Positions 55,913 to 64,000 of a DNA stretch of 64,000 nucleotides are shown piece by piece (the first letter of the stretch is position 1; every line of letters begins with the position of its first letter). This stretch comes from Candidatus Anstonellales archaeon (GTDB taxonomy: Archaea; Micrarchaeota; Micrarchaeia; Anstonellales; J096): the NCBI GenBank assembly GCA_038890615.1, contig JAWAFI010000001.1:494629-558628 (forward strand). Direction: 5' to 3'. The notes beneath the pieces were generated by a model. It was not told the DNA's origin. It ran no database searches and saw only the letters and a program-made list of their open reading frames with translations. The translations under genes were made by a program, and so were the position numbers.

Positions 55913-57189
55913 GGGTAGAGCCTCGTAATCGTCCTTGGGAATGGTATTGCATCTCTTATATGGTTCAGCCCTGCCATCCACTTTAAGGTTCTCTCTATGC
56001 CCATGCCAAACCCAGAATGGGGCACGCTGCCATACCTGCGCAAATCTATGTACCATGAGTAAGAGGAAACGTCTAGCTTCAGCTCCTTTATCCTTTGGTT
56101 GAGCTCATTAAGGTCCCATATCCTCTCGCTTCCTCCTATTATCTCTCCGTGGCCTCTTGGTGCAAGCATATCAGCGCAAAGGGCTCTTCCCTTCCTTTCA
56201 GGATCCTCGCGCATATAGAATGCCTTTATTTCTTTTGGAAATCCCACAACGAATATAGGCTTTGTGCGGTCTCCTGTTAGAAGAGCCTCCTCATCAGAGC
56301 CGAAATCCTCCCCTTCCTTCATCTTTCCTCCCTTTCTGTTCACCTCCTCAACTGCATCAGAGTAATCAAGCCTTTCAAACGGTGCTCTCACCTCTTTGAG
56401 TTCATCTGGATTCCCCCCTGCAAGGATTATTTCCTCGCTATGCTTTAGCAGATTCTGGGCTATGTACTCAACTAAGCGCTCCTGTATTTCCATATTTTCC
56501 TTCTGGTGCACGAAAGCCGCCTCTGGCTCTAAATGCCAGAATTCAGTAAGGTGCCTTGTTGTCCTGCTCTTTTCAGCCCTGAAAGAAGGGGCAAGGGTGT
56601 AAACTCTCTCAAGCGAAAATATAGCTGCCTCTGCGTAAAGCTGGCTGCTTTGGGTAAGGTAGGCCTTCCTTCCAAAATAATCAAGCTCAAACATGTCAGA
56701 GCCGCCTTCTGCGCCTGAGATTGTAAGCATAGGTGGATCTACTTTGTAGAAGCCCTCTTTCCTAAGGAATTCCTCAGCATAGTTCAAAAGGTGGTGGCGG
56801 AGCTTGAGCACTGAAGCCATTCTGCGAGAGCGGAGCCAGAGGTGGCGCACATCAAGCAAAAACTCATCGCTTTGGTCTTTTGTAATTGGGTATACCTCCC
56901 CCTTTGATATCAAGGAGTAAGACCTCACCCTTAGCTCAGCTCCTCCAGGAGCCCTCTTGTCTTCTGCAACAATGCCTCTCAACTCTGCTGAGCTTTCTAT
57001 ATAAGAATCTTCAGCATCCTTCCAGCTCCTTTCATCAACTTCATTCCTCCTCACAACAGCCTGCATTATTCCTGTAGAATCTCGGATTACCACAAAGCAT
57101 ACATCCCCTGAGCTCCTGTGCCTGTAGACCCAACCCCTTATTTCAACTTCTTTGCCTACCTGTGAAAGCGCATCCTTTATCTTCATCAT
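55909..57189 (-). CDS. asnS: Asparagine--tRNA ligase
   Basis: RGWVYR, RHLWLRS, AYLTQSSQLY, FRAEKSRTTRHLTEFW, LRRYGSVPHSGFG. Confidence 0.95.
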   Translation of the reverse strand: MMKIKDALSQVGKEVEIRGWVYRHRSSGDVCFVVIRDSTGIMQAVVRRNEVDERSWKDAEDSYIESSAELRGIVAEDKRAPGGAELRVRSYSLISKGEVYPITKDQSDEFLLDVRHLWLRSRRMASVLKLRHHLLNYAEEFLRKEGFYKVDPPMLTISGAEGGSDMFELDYFGRKAYLTQSSQLYAEAAIFSLERVYTLAPSFRAEKSRTTRHLTEFWHLEPEAAFVHQKENMEIQERLVEYIAQNLLKHSEEIILAGGNPDELKEVRAPFERLDYSDAVEEVNRKGGKMKEGEDFGSDEEALLTGDRTKPIFVVGFPKEIKAFYMREDPERKGRALCADMLAPRGHGEIIGGSERIWDLNELNQRIKELKLDVSSYSWYIDLRRYGSVPHSGFGMGIERTLKWMAGLNHIRDAIPFPRTITRLYP

Positions 57190-58235
57190 TTTATCAACCC
57201 TTTCTTCTTGTATTCCTCTACTCTTTGGGCAAGCTGGCCTTTTAGAATATAATGGGCTTTCCTGAATTGCTTGAGGTTTCTTGAGCCAGTGAGAAAAGCC
57301 ATTCCTTTCATCTGTTTCTCCCATTCTTCAACTAACGCAGGAAGATTGTTGGAAAGGCATGCCAGAAGGAATGGCCGGGCTGTGCCTGCAACCTCTGCTC
57401 CCAAAAGCACTGCTTTCATTGCATCAATGCCGTTCCTTATCCCTCCGCTGCCTATGAGCTTCCCTGTGCCTTTGCACATTATAATGGCATCAGCAGTTGG
57501 GATGCCAAACTCCTCAAAACCACTAAGGCCCCCGCGAAGCATCTCAACCTTGCTCCAAGAGGTTCCTCCTGCTCCAGAAACATCAACGTATTCAGCGCCT
57601 GCCTCAAAAAGCTTTAGAGCTACCTCTCTGCTGATGCCTCCCCCAACCTCCTTTACAACAACCCTAACCTTAGATGCAATCCTTTTTATTGCATGAAGGA
57701 CCCCTGAAAAATCCCTGTCTCCTTCTGGCTGGACATATTCTTGCATTGGGTTTATGTGGATTGCCAAAGCATCTGCCTCAACCTTGCTTACCAAGGACTC
57801 TATCTGGGAGATTGAATACTTTTTGAGCTGGAAGGCGCCAATGTTTGCAAGCAGGGGTATTTTAGGGGCGACATCCCTAACATAGTAGGTTTTGAAAAGC
57901 TCGGGCTTTTCTATCATGGCGCGCTGGCTCCCGAGCCCCATTGCAAGGCCTTTTCTCTCTGCTACTTCTGCTATGGATTTGTTTATCCTTTCTGCATCGC
58001 CATACCCTCCTGTCATCCCTGTAATTAGAAGCGGAAGCTTCAACTTCTTTCCTAGAAAATTGGTTGATAGGTCAACTGAATCTGCGTTAAGCTCAGGAAG
58101 GGCATTGTAGAGCACAAGAACATCTTCAAAGCCAGCACTGCTAGAGTATTCTACATCCTGCTTCGCCACTAACTCAACATGTTGCTTTTTCCTTGATTCT
58201 GTGTTGCCTGTTTTTATTTTAGCCAATGAAACCAC
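57186..58235 (-). CDS. fni: Type 2 isopentenyl-diphosphate isomerase
   Basis: RKKQHV, GMTGG, GSQR, HINPMQE..QPEGD, KEVG, GGTSW. Confidence 0.96.
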   Translation of the reverse strand: MVSLAKIKTGNTESRKKQHVELVAKQDVEYSSSAGFEDVLVLYNALPELNADSVDLSTNFLGKKLKLPLLITGMTGGYGDAERINKSIAEVAERKGLAMGLGSQRAMIEKPELFKTYYVRDVAPKIPLLANIGAFQLKKYSISQIESLVSKVEADALAIHINPMQEYVQPEGDRDFSGVLHAIKRIASKVRVVVKEVGGGISREVALKLFEAGAEYVDVSGAGGTSWSKVEMLRGGLSGFEEFGIPTADAIIMCKGTGKLIGSGGIRNGIDAMKAVLLGAEVAGTARPFLLACLSNNLPALVEEWEKQMKGMAFLTGSRNLKQFRKAHYILKGQLAQRVEEYKKKGLIK

Positions 58236-59001
58236 CTATTGCTGCGTAGCCAACAACTGCGCTTTTATCTCCGCTTGCTTCTGCAGAGGTCGTGTAGCTT
58301 ATGAGTTCAGGGGTATAACCGCTTAGCTTGCACATCTCTATAAACGTTAGGATTCCTCCATAACCGCACATGCTCCACCCTTCCCTTAACCCTTTTATAA
58401 AACCAACTGAATCTTTTTTCAGTATGCAATCTATTGCACGCTGGTCTATCTCCTTAGCCGTCCTTTCAGGAAGGTAATGGGTAAAGTCAGTGCTGAAAAC
58501 CACTGGCAGCCCAAGCTTAGTGAGGGCTTCTGCTAGCTCTTTGGCGACCATTGGGCTTTGGTTTAATAGGCAGATGTTTATTGCCTTTGAATTTCCTTGC
58601 AGGTGAATGCGTATAGGGTGCTGAACTTCTAGGGAATGCTCGTTCCTGTGGGCAAGCTCATCCTTTTTCAGAATCTTGCAAAAAGAGAGAAGCTTCTCCC
58701 CTGCTTCTTCGTTATAGAAGGCTGTGCCGTTTGGAAGGCTCCAGTCCATTGTAGAAAGAGCTACATCTAAGCCGTAGCCAGAATGATTAGGCCCTACCAC
58801 TACATAAGGGCCTTGCCTAAGGGCTATATGGGCCGCCATTGCTGTTTTGCCTGAATAAACATAGCCAGCATGAGGCGCAATGATTATCTCTGCTTTCCCT
58901 TGCTTTTCTTTAAGCACTGACGATTCAAACGAGGCAAGCATTGCCTCCAGATCTTCCTTAACCTCAGGGTAAAAGTAGCCAGCAACATGAGGCTCGCGCA
59001 T
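58219..59001 (-). CDS. MEMO1-family protein (AmmeMemoRadiSam protein B)
   Basis: AGYFYP, PHAGYVYSG, GPNH, EHSLEV, DFTHY, CG, VVGY. Confidence 0.94.
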   Translation of the reverse strand: MREPHVAGYFYPEVKEDLEAMLASFESSVLKEKQGKAEIIIAPHAGYVYSGKTAMAAHIALRQGPYVVVGPNHSGYGLDVALSTMDWSLPNGTAFYNEEAGEKLLSFCKILKKDELAHRNEHSLEVQHPIRIHLQGNSKAINICLLNQSPMVAKELAEALTKLGLPVVFSTDFTHYLPERTAKEIDQRAIDCILKKDSVGFIKGLREGWSMCGYGGILTFIEMCKLSGYTPELISYTTSAEASGDKSAVVGYAAIGGFIG

Positions 59002-59086
59002 GCCCTAAATAAGGAGGGGGAATTTAAAACTATGCCGTTTGACAAGGTTTTTCTTTGGCATTGCATCTAAACTTATAAAAATCAGC

Positions 59087-59995
59087 TTAAAGGTTCACCT
59101 TAAGGTTCAGCTCCTTCTTGAGCTCCCTGTAGCGGTTCCTTATAGTTACTTCTGTTACGCCTGCTATGTCAGCTACCTCTTTCTGCGTCTTCTTTTCCCC
59201 TGTCATTGCAGAGGCTATGTAGATGGCAGCAGCCGCCACCCCTGTTGGGCCCCTGCCTGAAATGAGGCCCCTCTTTATGGCTTTGGAAAGTATGTCCTTA
59301 GCAAGTTTTTGCGCTTCCCCAGAAGCTTTAAGCATAGTGCCAAACTTTGAGACATAATGCACCGGGTTGCTTAGAGGAACATCAACATCAAGCTGCTCCT
59401 TTACATAGCGGTAGGCCCTTCCAATCTCCTTCTTTTCTATACCTGAGATCTTTGCTATTTCTTCCAAAGTCCTTGGCATTCCATTCATCCTGCAAACCAA
59501 GTAGATCACTGCTGCAACAACGCTTTCAATGAGCCTTCCCCTTATAAGCTCTTTCTCAACTATCTTCCTGTAGAGAAGGGCTGCACTCTCTTTCATAGAA
59601 TCAGGGAACCCAAGGGTTGTAGCCACCCTGTCCATCTCAGCTAGTGCCAATGAAAGGTTCCTTTCCATAGAGGTGCTTATTGAAACCCTCTTGTGCCACT
59701 TCCTTATCCTTTGCAGCTGAGCCTGCTTTGAAGAGGATATCCTTCCGCCCCTTATGTCCCTGTTGTACTGGTCTATTTCAGTCACAAGGCGCTTGTGGGG
59801 GCTTGAATACTTTATAGGCCCGCCTCCCCTTACCTTCTTTTCCCTCTGCTCAGAGTCAAAAGCCCTCCACTCAGGGCCAAGGTCCTCTATGTTCTCCTCA
59901 ATTATGAGGCCGCATTTCCTGCAAACTAGCTCTCCAAGCTCAGAATCTATGGCAAGGTTTTCACTCTTGCACTCAGGGCATTTTCTTGATTTCAT
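59087..59995 (-). CDS. tfb: Transcription initiation factor IIB
   Basis: CPEC..VCRKCG, GPEWRAF, ERNL, GRGP, VTEVTIRNRY. Confidence 0.98.
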   Translation of the reverse strand: MKSRKCPECKSENLAIDSELGELVCRKCGLIIEENIEDLGPEWRAFDSEQREKKVRGGGPIKYSSPHKRLVTEIDQYNRDIRGGRISSSKQAQLQRIRKWHKRVSISTSMERNLSLALAEMDRVATTLGFPDSMKESAALLYRKIVEKELIRGRLIESVVAAVIYLVCRMNGMPRTLEEIAKISGIEKKEIGRAYRYVKEQLDVDVPLSNPVHYVSKFGTMLKASGEAQKLAKDILSKAIKRGLISGRGPTGVAAAAIYIASAMTGEKKTQKEVADIAGVTEVTIRNRYRELKKELNLKVNL

Positions 59996-60126
59996 CCGAC
60001 CACCTAAAGAAAGATTTTTAAAAGTTTCGCTTATGTTAAGCTACCGAAAAGTTTAAAAGCCTTTTCTATGCTCGCAAACTTTCTGCTCAAAGCAACATTT
60101 TTAAAATAATGAATGAAAATTGCATT

Positions 60127-60729
60127 ATGGTCAAAAAGATATTGAAAAATCAGCCAGAAGAAACATTTTCCAAATGCGATAAAAAGGAAAAGATCTACCA
60201 TAAAGGGCCTGATGAATGGTATAGCTTTGAAGCGTATTTGAAGAGAATAGAGGATATTGTGAAATCTAAAAGCTTTGAAACTTTGAAAAACGAAAAAGAA
60301 TTAAAAGAACTTCTTGAGGCTCTGAATAGCCCATATGTGAAGATAAGGGAAACCGCAGCAAAGGGCCTCTTTGATGCAGCTAAAAAGATCAAACTGAATA
60401 AAAAGGTTCTTATGCCTATAATCTTGGCTATTGATGACAACGACAGCAATGTTAGAAGCACTTTAAGGGCTATAATTGAGTTTGCATTGGAAAACAAATA
60501 CACTGTTCAGAGCTGCATAAAGGAAATTGGCGAAACACTCAACTCTGATAATGTAAACGTAAAGAGAAAGGCGATAAAGACGCTTGATAGGCTGCTAAAG
60601 GAAGGCATTAGCGTAGATTCTGCAATCCCTTATGTTATGAGGGTTAGCAAAGATGAGGATGAAGATTCAGAAATAAGATACTTTGCCAAGAAGATTCTGC
60701 TAAGGTGGGAAGAATCAAATACCCTATGA
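60127..60729 (+). CDS. HEAT-repeat protein
   Basis: Repeated D..VR..A..L units. Confidence 0.8.
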   Translation: MVKKILKNQPEETFSKCDKKEKIYHKGPDEWYSFEAYLKRIEDIVKSKSFETLKNEKELKELLEALNSPYVKIRETAAKGLFDAAKKIKLNKKVLMPIILAIDDNDSNVRSTLRAIIEFALENKYTVQSCIKEIGETLNSDNVNVKRKAIKTLDRLLKEGISVDSAIPYVMRVSKDEDEDSEIRYFAKKILLRWEESNTL

Positions 60730-60740
60730 AACCAACCAAT

Positions 60741-62111
60741 TTAAGATTGGCTCAACATGTAGTTAATAAAACTATAAACCTTTTTGTCGCATCTCTCTAG
60801 CAAACGATGTAAAGCAACTTTCCAAACTTTCATTTCTTGTTCAGTTAGCTCCCCCCCTTTCTCTGCTTTTTCAATTATTTTCTCTAACTTTTCTTCATAA
60901 TCTTTTAACATCTTCTTTATTTCTTCATTATCTGCCAAATCATAAGCATTCTTTCCCTTATAATCAACAGCAAAGGGATTGGCTCCTTCTTCAAGCAGCA
61001 GCTCAACTGTATCTTTAGCCTTAAGGGAAACAGCGCACAAAATAGGGGTGGATTTATCCTTATCCCTAACCTCCAAATCAGCCCCTTTTTCCAATAACAT
61101 TTTAACTGCCTCAACTGGGTTTGGCTGGCAACAGCCTACAGCTTGACATAACAAAGGCCTCCCATCACTTGTTTTTATGTTCACATCAGCCCCTGCTTCC
61201 ACAAGAAGCTTGATTAGAGGAAGTTCAGCTCTACAACAGCCAAAGGCATAGCACAAGGCTCTATTTCCACGGTTATTCTTGGTATTTACATCAGCTCCAG
61301 CATTTAGGAGGGTCTCAACAATTTTCTCATTGCTTGCAGAAGTAGTCAGAATCAATGGGGTTGAACCATCAGAAGATTTAACGTTAACATTAGCACCATC
61401 ATCTATGAGCCTCTTAACCAACTTCAGCTTCTCCTCATAGCTTGCGTTGAGAAGAACGCTCTCTAGATTAGGCCTTTTTCCAACCCTCCCTGCTTTTTCC
61501 CACCTTTCTATCTCCTCCAACCTTTCTTCCTCAGCCTTCTTTTAAATCTTTTTTACATAACCATCGTTAGCAAATTTATATGCTCTTCGCCATTGGTTAT
61601 TTATAATAAAAGGATCAGCTCCAGCATTTAGGAGAACTGAGACAGTTTCCCTATTACCATTCCAAGCAGCATGCATCAGCGCAGTCTGTCCATATTTATC
61701 CTGCAAATCTACTTGAACCCCCAGCTTAATTAGAAGTTTAACCACCTCAATATAACCATGCTCAGCAACATGCATCAATGCACTTTTTCCTTCCTCATCC
61801 TCAACGTTTATATCAGCCCCCTCTAATATCAACCTTAAAAACTTTTCAAAATCCATCTCTTCTTTCTTGCACTCCTCCAAAAGTTCTTTGCCAAGCATTT
61901 TCCCCTTTTCCTTGTTCCTCTCATTGAGGCTCTTGAGCTCCTCAAAAACTTTATCTCCTTTACCTCTATTAAGAGCCTTTAAAAACCTCTGAATGAGCCT
62001 TTCATAATTTATCACCCTATCCTCCTTAAGGATTCGCTTAAAAACCATGCATACTTTTTTAATGGAACCTCCCTCTTCTTTCTCTTCATCCTTTTTCTTT
62101 TCAACCCCCAT
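60741..62111 (-). pseudogene. Ankyrin-repeat gene split by a single in-frame TAA (61542-61544)
   Basis: Track ORFs 61542-62111 and 60741-61520 are in one frame: YVKKI*KKAEEERLEEIERW. Confidence 0.85.
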
Positions 62112-62206
62112 AATTGATTGTTTCTTATGCTTGTTTATAATAGTTTCAGTTGAAAATGAAACCAGATAGTTTTTAAAAACTTAATATTAATGAGGTATAG
62201 GTTATT

Positions 62207-63307
62207 ATGAATACAAAGGAGTTAGAAAGGCTTGTAGCACTCACTTTTGATTCTGACCCCAAGGTAAGGAAGGAAGCAGCGATAAAGCTAGGTGACCAGG
62301 ATGACCCTATTGCAAGCTTCGCGCTAATAGAGCTTACAACTGACAAGGATAAAGAAGTAAGGGAGACGGCAAAAAGATTGCTAGAGGAAAGAAAAAAGAA
62401 AGAGCCCGAGTTGCTTTCCTTTGCTGATATCTTTGAAGCAGGAGCAAAAAAAGAAGAAAAGGAAGAGATTCCTGTTACCCAGCCAGCTTTAGCCACTGAT
62501 GGAAGCAAAGAGATTGATGAGGAAAAGAAGAAAAAAATGTTGCTTTCCCCTATTGAGAGGATGTTTGAGAGAAAGTTTGGAAAGGAGAAGGCTGAGGTAG
62601 TGAAGAAGAAGCTTATGCCCTCAATAGAGAGGGTTTACGAAAAGAATATAGAAGGAGGCAAGAAGAAGGAGGAAAAGAGGGGATTCCTCCAGCAGTTCAT
62701 AAATGATTATTTCTCGGTAGTTGAGGAAGAGGAAAGCAAGAATATTGAAGAACCAGAGGAAGAAGGAATTCACAAGGTTGAACTTGACGAGATAGGCTTC
62801 AAGGAAACTGATGAATTAGTGTACAACCCAGAAGAGCAAGACTCTTCAATTAAAGGGGCAAGCATTGATGAGGCGATCTTCAACCACTTTTATAACATAG
62901 CTGTTGAGGCTAACGGGAGCGCTGTTGTGAAACACGCGCTTTACAAAGAGATGAAATCAAAGATAGACTTGGCATTCAGCATGATAGAGAAGGAGAGGAA
63001 GAAGGTGCAAAGCCTTTCTGACTTAAGGAAGGGGATGAGGAGCTTCACCTCTGAAACCCTTCATGTCAAAAAAGTTGGGAAAGGTGTATTCAGGAAATCA
63101 AAAAGGGCAGAACCACAAGAATACGTTAGGATTGAGGTTGAAGATGAAAAGGGAGGAAGCGCAGTGATTTATGTTTTTGACAAAGACGTAAGCGCAGTTA
63201 AAGAAGGAATGAAGATAGTTGTGGAGAGAGCTCCGGTTAAGGAATTCAACGGTGAGAATTCAATCCATATTAGCAAAAGCAAAGGAAGCCTTTATATAGT
63301 GGTTTAA
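62207..63307 (+). CDS. HEAT-repeat plus C-terminal SSB/RPA-like OB-fold protein
   Basis: DSDPKVRKEAA / DKDKEVRETA; SLSDLRKGM...VEDEKG...VKEGMKIVVERAPVKEFNG. Confidence 0.72.
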   Translation: MNTKELERLVALTFDSDPKVRKEAAIKLGDQDDPIASFALIELTTDKDKEVRETAKRLLEERKKKEPELLSFADIFEAGAKKEEKEEIPVTQPALATDGSKEIDEEKKKKMLLSPIERMFERKFGKEKAEVVKKKLMPSIERVYEKNIEGGKKKEEKRGFLQQFINDYFSVVEEEESKNIEEPEEEGIHKVELDEIGFKETDELVYNPEEQDSSIKGASIDEAIFNHFYNIAVEANGSAVVKHALYKEMKSKIDLAFSMIEKERKKVQSLSDLRKGMRSFTSETLHVKKVGKGVFRKSKRAEPQEYVRIEVEDEKGGSAVIYVFDKDVSAVKEGMKIVVERAPVKEFNGENSIHISKSKGSLYIVV

Positions 63308-63321
63308 GTTCTATTTTTTCC

Positions 63322-64000
63322 TTAAATAATATTTTCCAAAATTTTTACAGCCCTTTTATCGCACTCCTTTAATGTAAAGCGTAGGGCCAAACCTTTCATC
63401 TTTTCTTCCTTTTCATCCAATATTTTCCCTTTATCTATTTTATCCAATATAATCTCTGCAGTATGCTTAGCCAACATCTCTTTTGTGTCTTTGCTTCTAG
63501 CCCAATCCATTGCTGTTTTTCCTTGATTGTCTTCCAAAAAAGGGTTTGCCCCATATTTAAGTAATCGTTCTACAATCTTTTTATTATCTTCCCCAACAGC
63601 CTCAATCAAAGCTGTATACCCAAAAGTATAACTCTGCAGGTCCAGATTAGCACCACATTTGCAAAGAATTTCCACAATTTCATTATAGTTATAAAAAGAA
63701 GCATTAATCAAAGCTGTATGCCCATTTTTATCCTCCTGCAAATTTAGATTTGCCCCTTCTAAAATCAGCTTTACAACTTTTTCAACTGAAGCATCCCTAT
63801 ACCTGTCACACTCTTCTATCAGCTCTTTTCCAATCATATTGCTCCTTTCCTCTCCAATCTCTTCCCTCTTTTCCTTGTTAATCCTCCTAAGCTCCTCAAA
63901 AGCCTCCTTATCCTCCTTCCCGCTCCTAACACTCTCCAAAACCCTCTTAATAACAAAATCCTCCCCCATCCTTTCCTCCTTTAAACCACTCCTCTCAATT
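63322..64000 (-). CDS. Ankyrin-repeat protein (5' end probably beyond window)
   Basis: GHTALINA, GYTALIEA, GKTAMDWA; frame stays open upstream of ATG 63969 (IERSGLKEER). Confidence 0.9.
   Translation of the reverse strand, partial: IERSGLKEERMGEDFVIKRVLESVRSGKEDKEAFEELRRINKEKREEIGEERSNMIGKELIEECDRYRDASVEKVVKLILEGANLNLQEDKNGHTALINASFYNYNEIVEILCKCGANLDLQSYTFGYTALIEAVGEDNKKIVERLLKYGANPFLEDNQGKTAMDWARSKDTKEMLAKHTAEIILDKIDKGKILDEKEEKMKGLALRFTLKECDKRAVKILENII

Noticed and set aside
61542..61544. Stop-codon recoding or suppression by tRNA-Leu(TAA)
   Set aside because: Anticodon TAA reads TTA, not the stop; TAA terminates many normal genes here (rps10, tfb, rps13)

Overview
Gene-dense archaeal chromosomal segment. 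The gene content (EF-1alpha-uS10, uS13-uS4-uS11-Rpo3, TFB, FEN1, Nop5, Taw1, Pus10, EndoQ, form III RuBisCO, GGR/Fni), shortened enzymes, overlapping genes and intron-containing tRNAs suggest a small-genome DPANN archaeon, most plausibly Micrarchaeota (inference). Two accessory elements stand out. (1) An operon of six highly diverged, translationally coupled paralogous polytopic membrane proteins (2613-9480) lies between leuS and tuf; their shared motifs resemble CedA/TedA/VirB6-type channel subunits, making this the best candidate for an undescribed transfer or host-contact apparatus. (2) A family of ankyrin-repeat genes in two clusters (48.5-51.5 kb beside tRNA-Leu; 60.7-64 kb) shares a conserved N-terminal helical domain and a C-terminal LxxC(D/N)K motif, with recent duplication, exact internal repeats and two disrupted copies. 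Other notable items: a Fap7-type kinase/HhH-GPD glycosylase fusion, a HEAT plus SSB-like OB-fold protein, a pseudokinase-like/glycosyltransferase/pilin cluster, a 10-nt tRNA intron, shared bidirectional TATA boxes and two small ORFs missed by the ORF track. No CRISPR array, rRNA, integrase, transposase or reverse transcriptase was recognised. All family calls are by-eye motif recognition; no searches were run.
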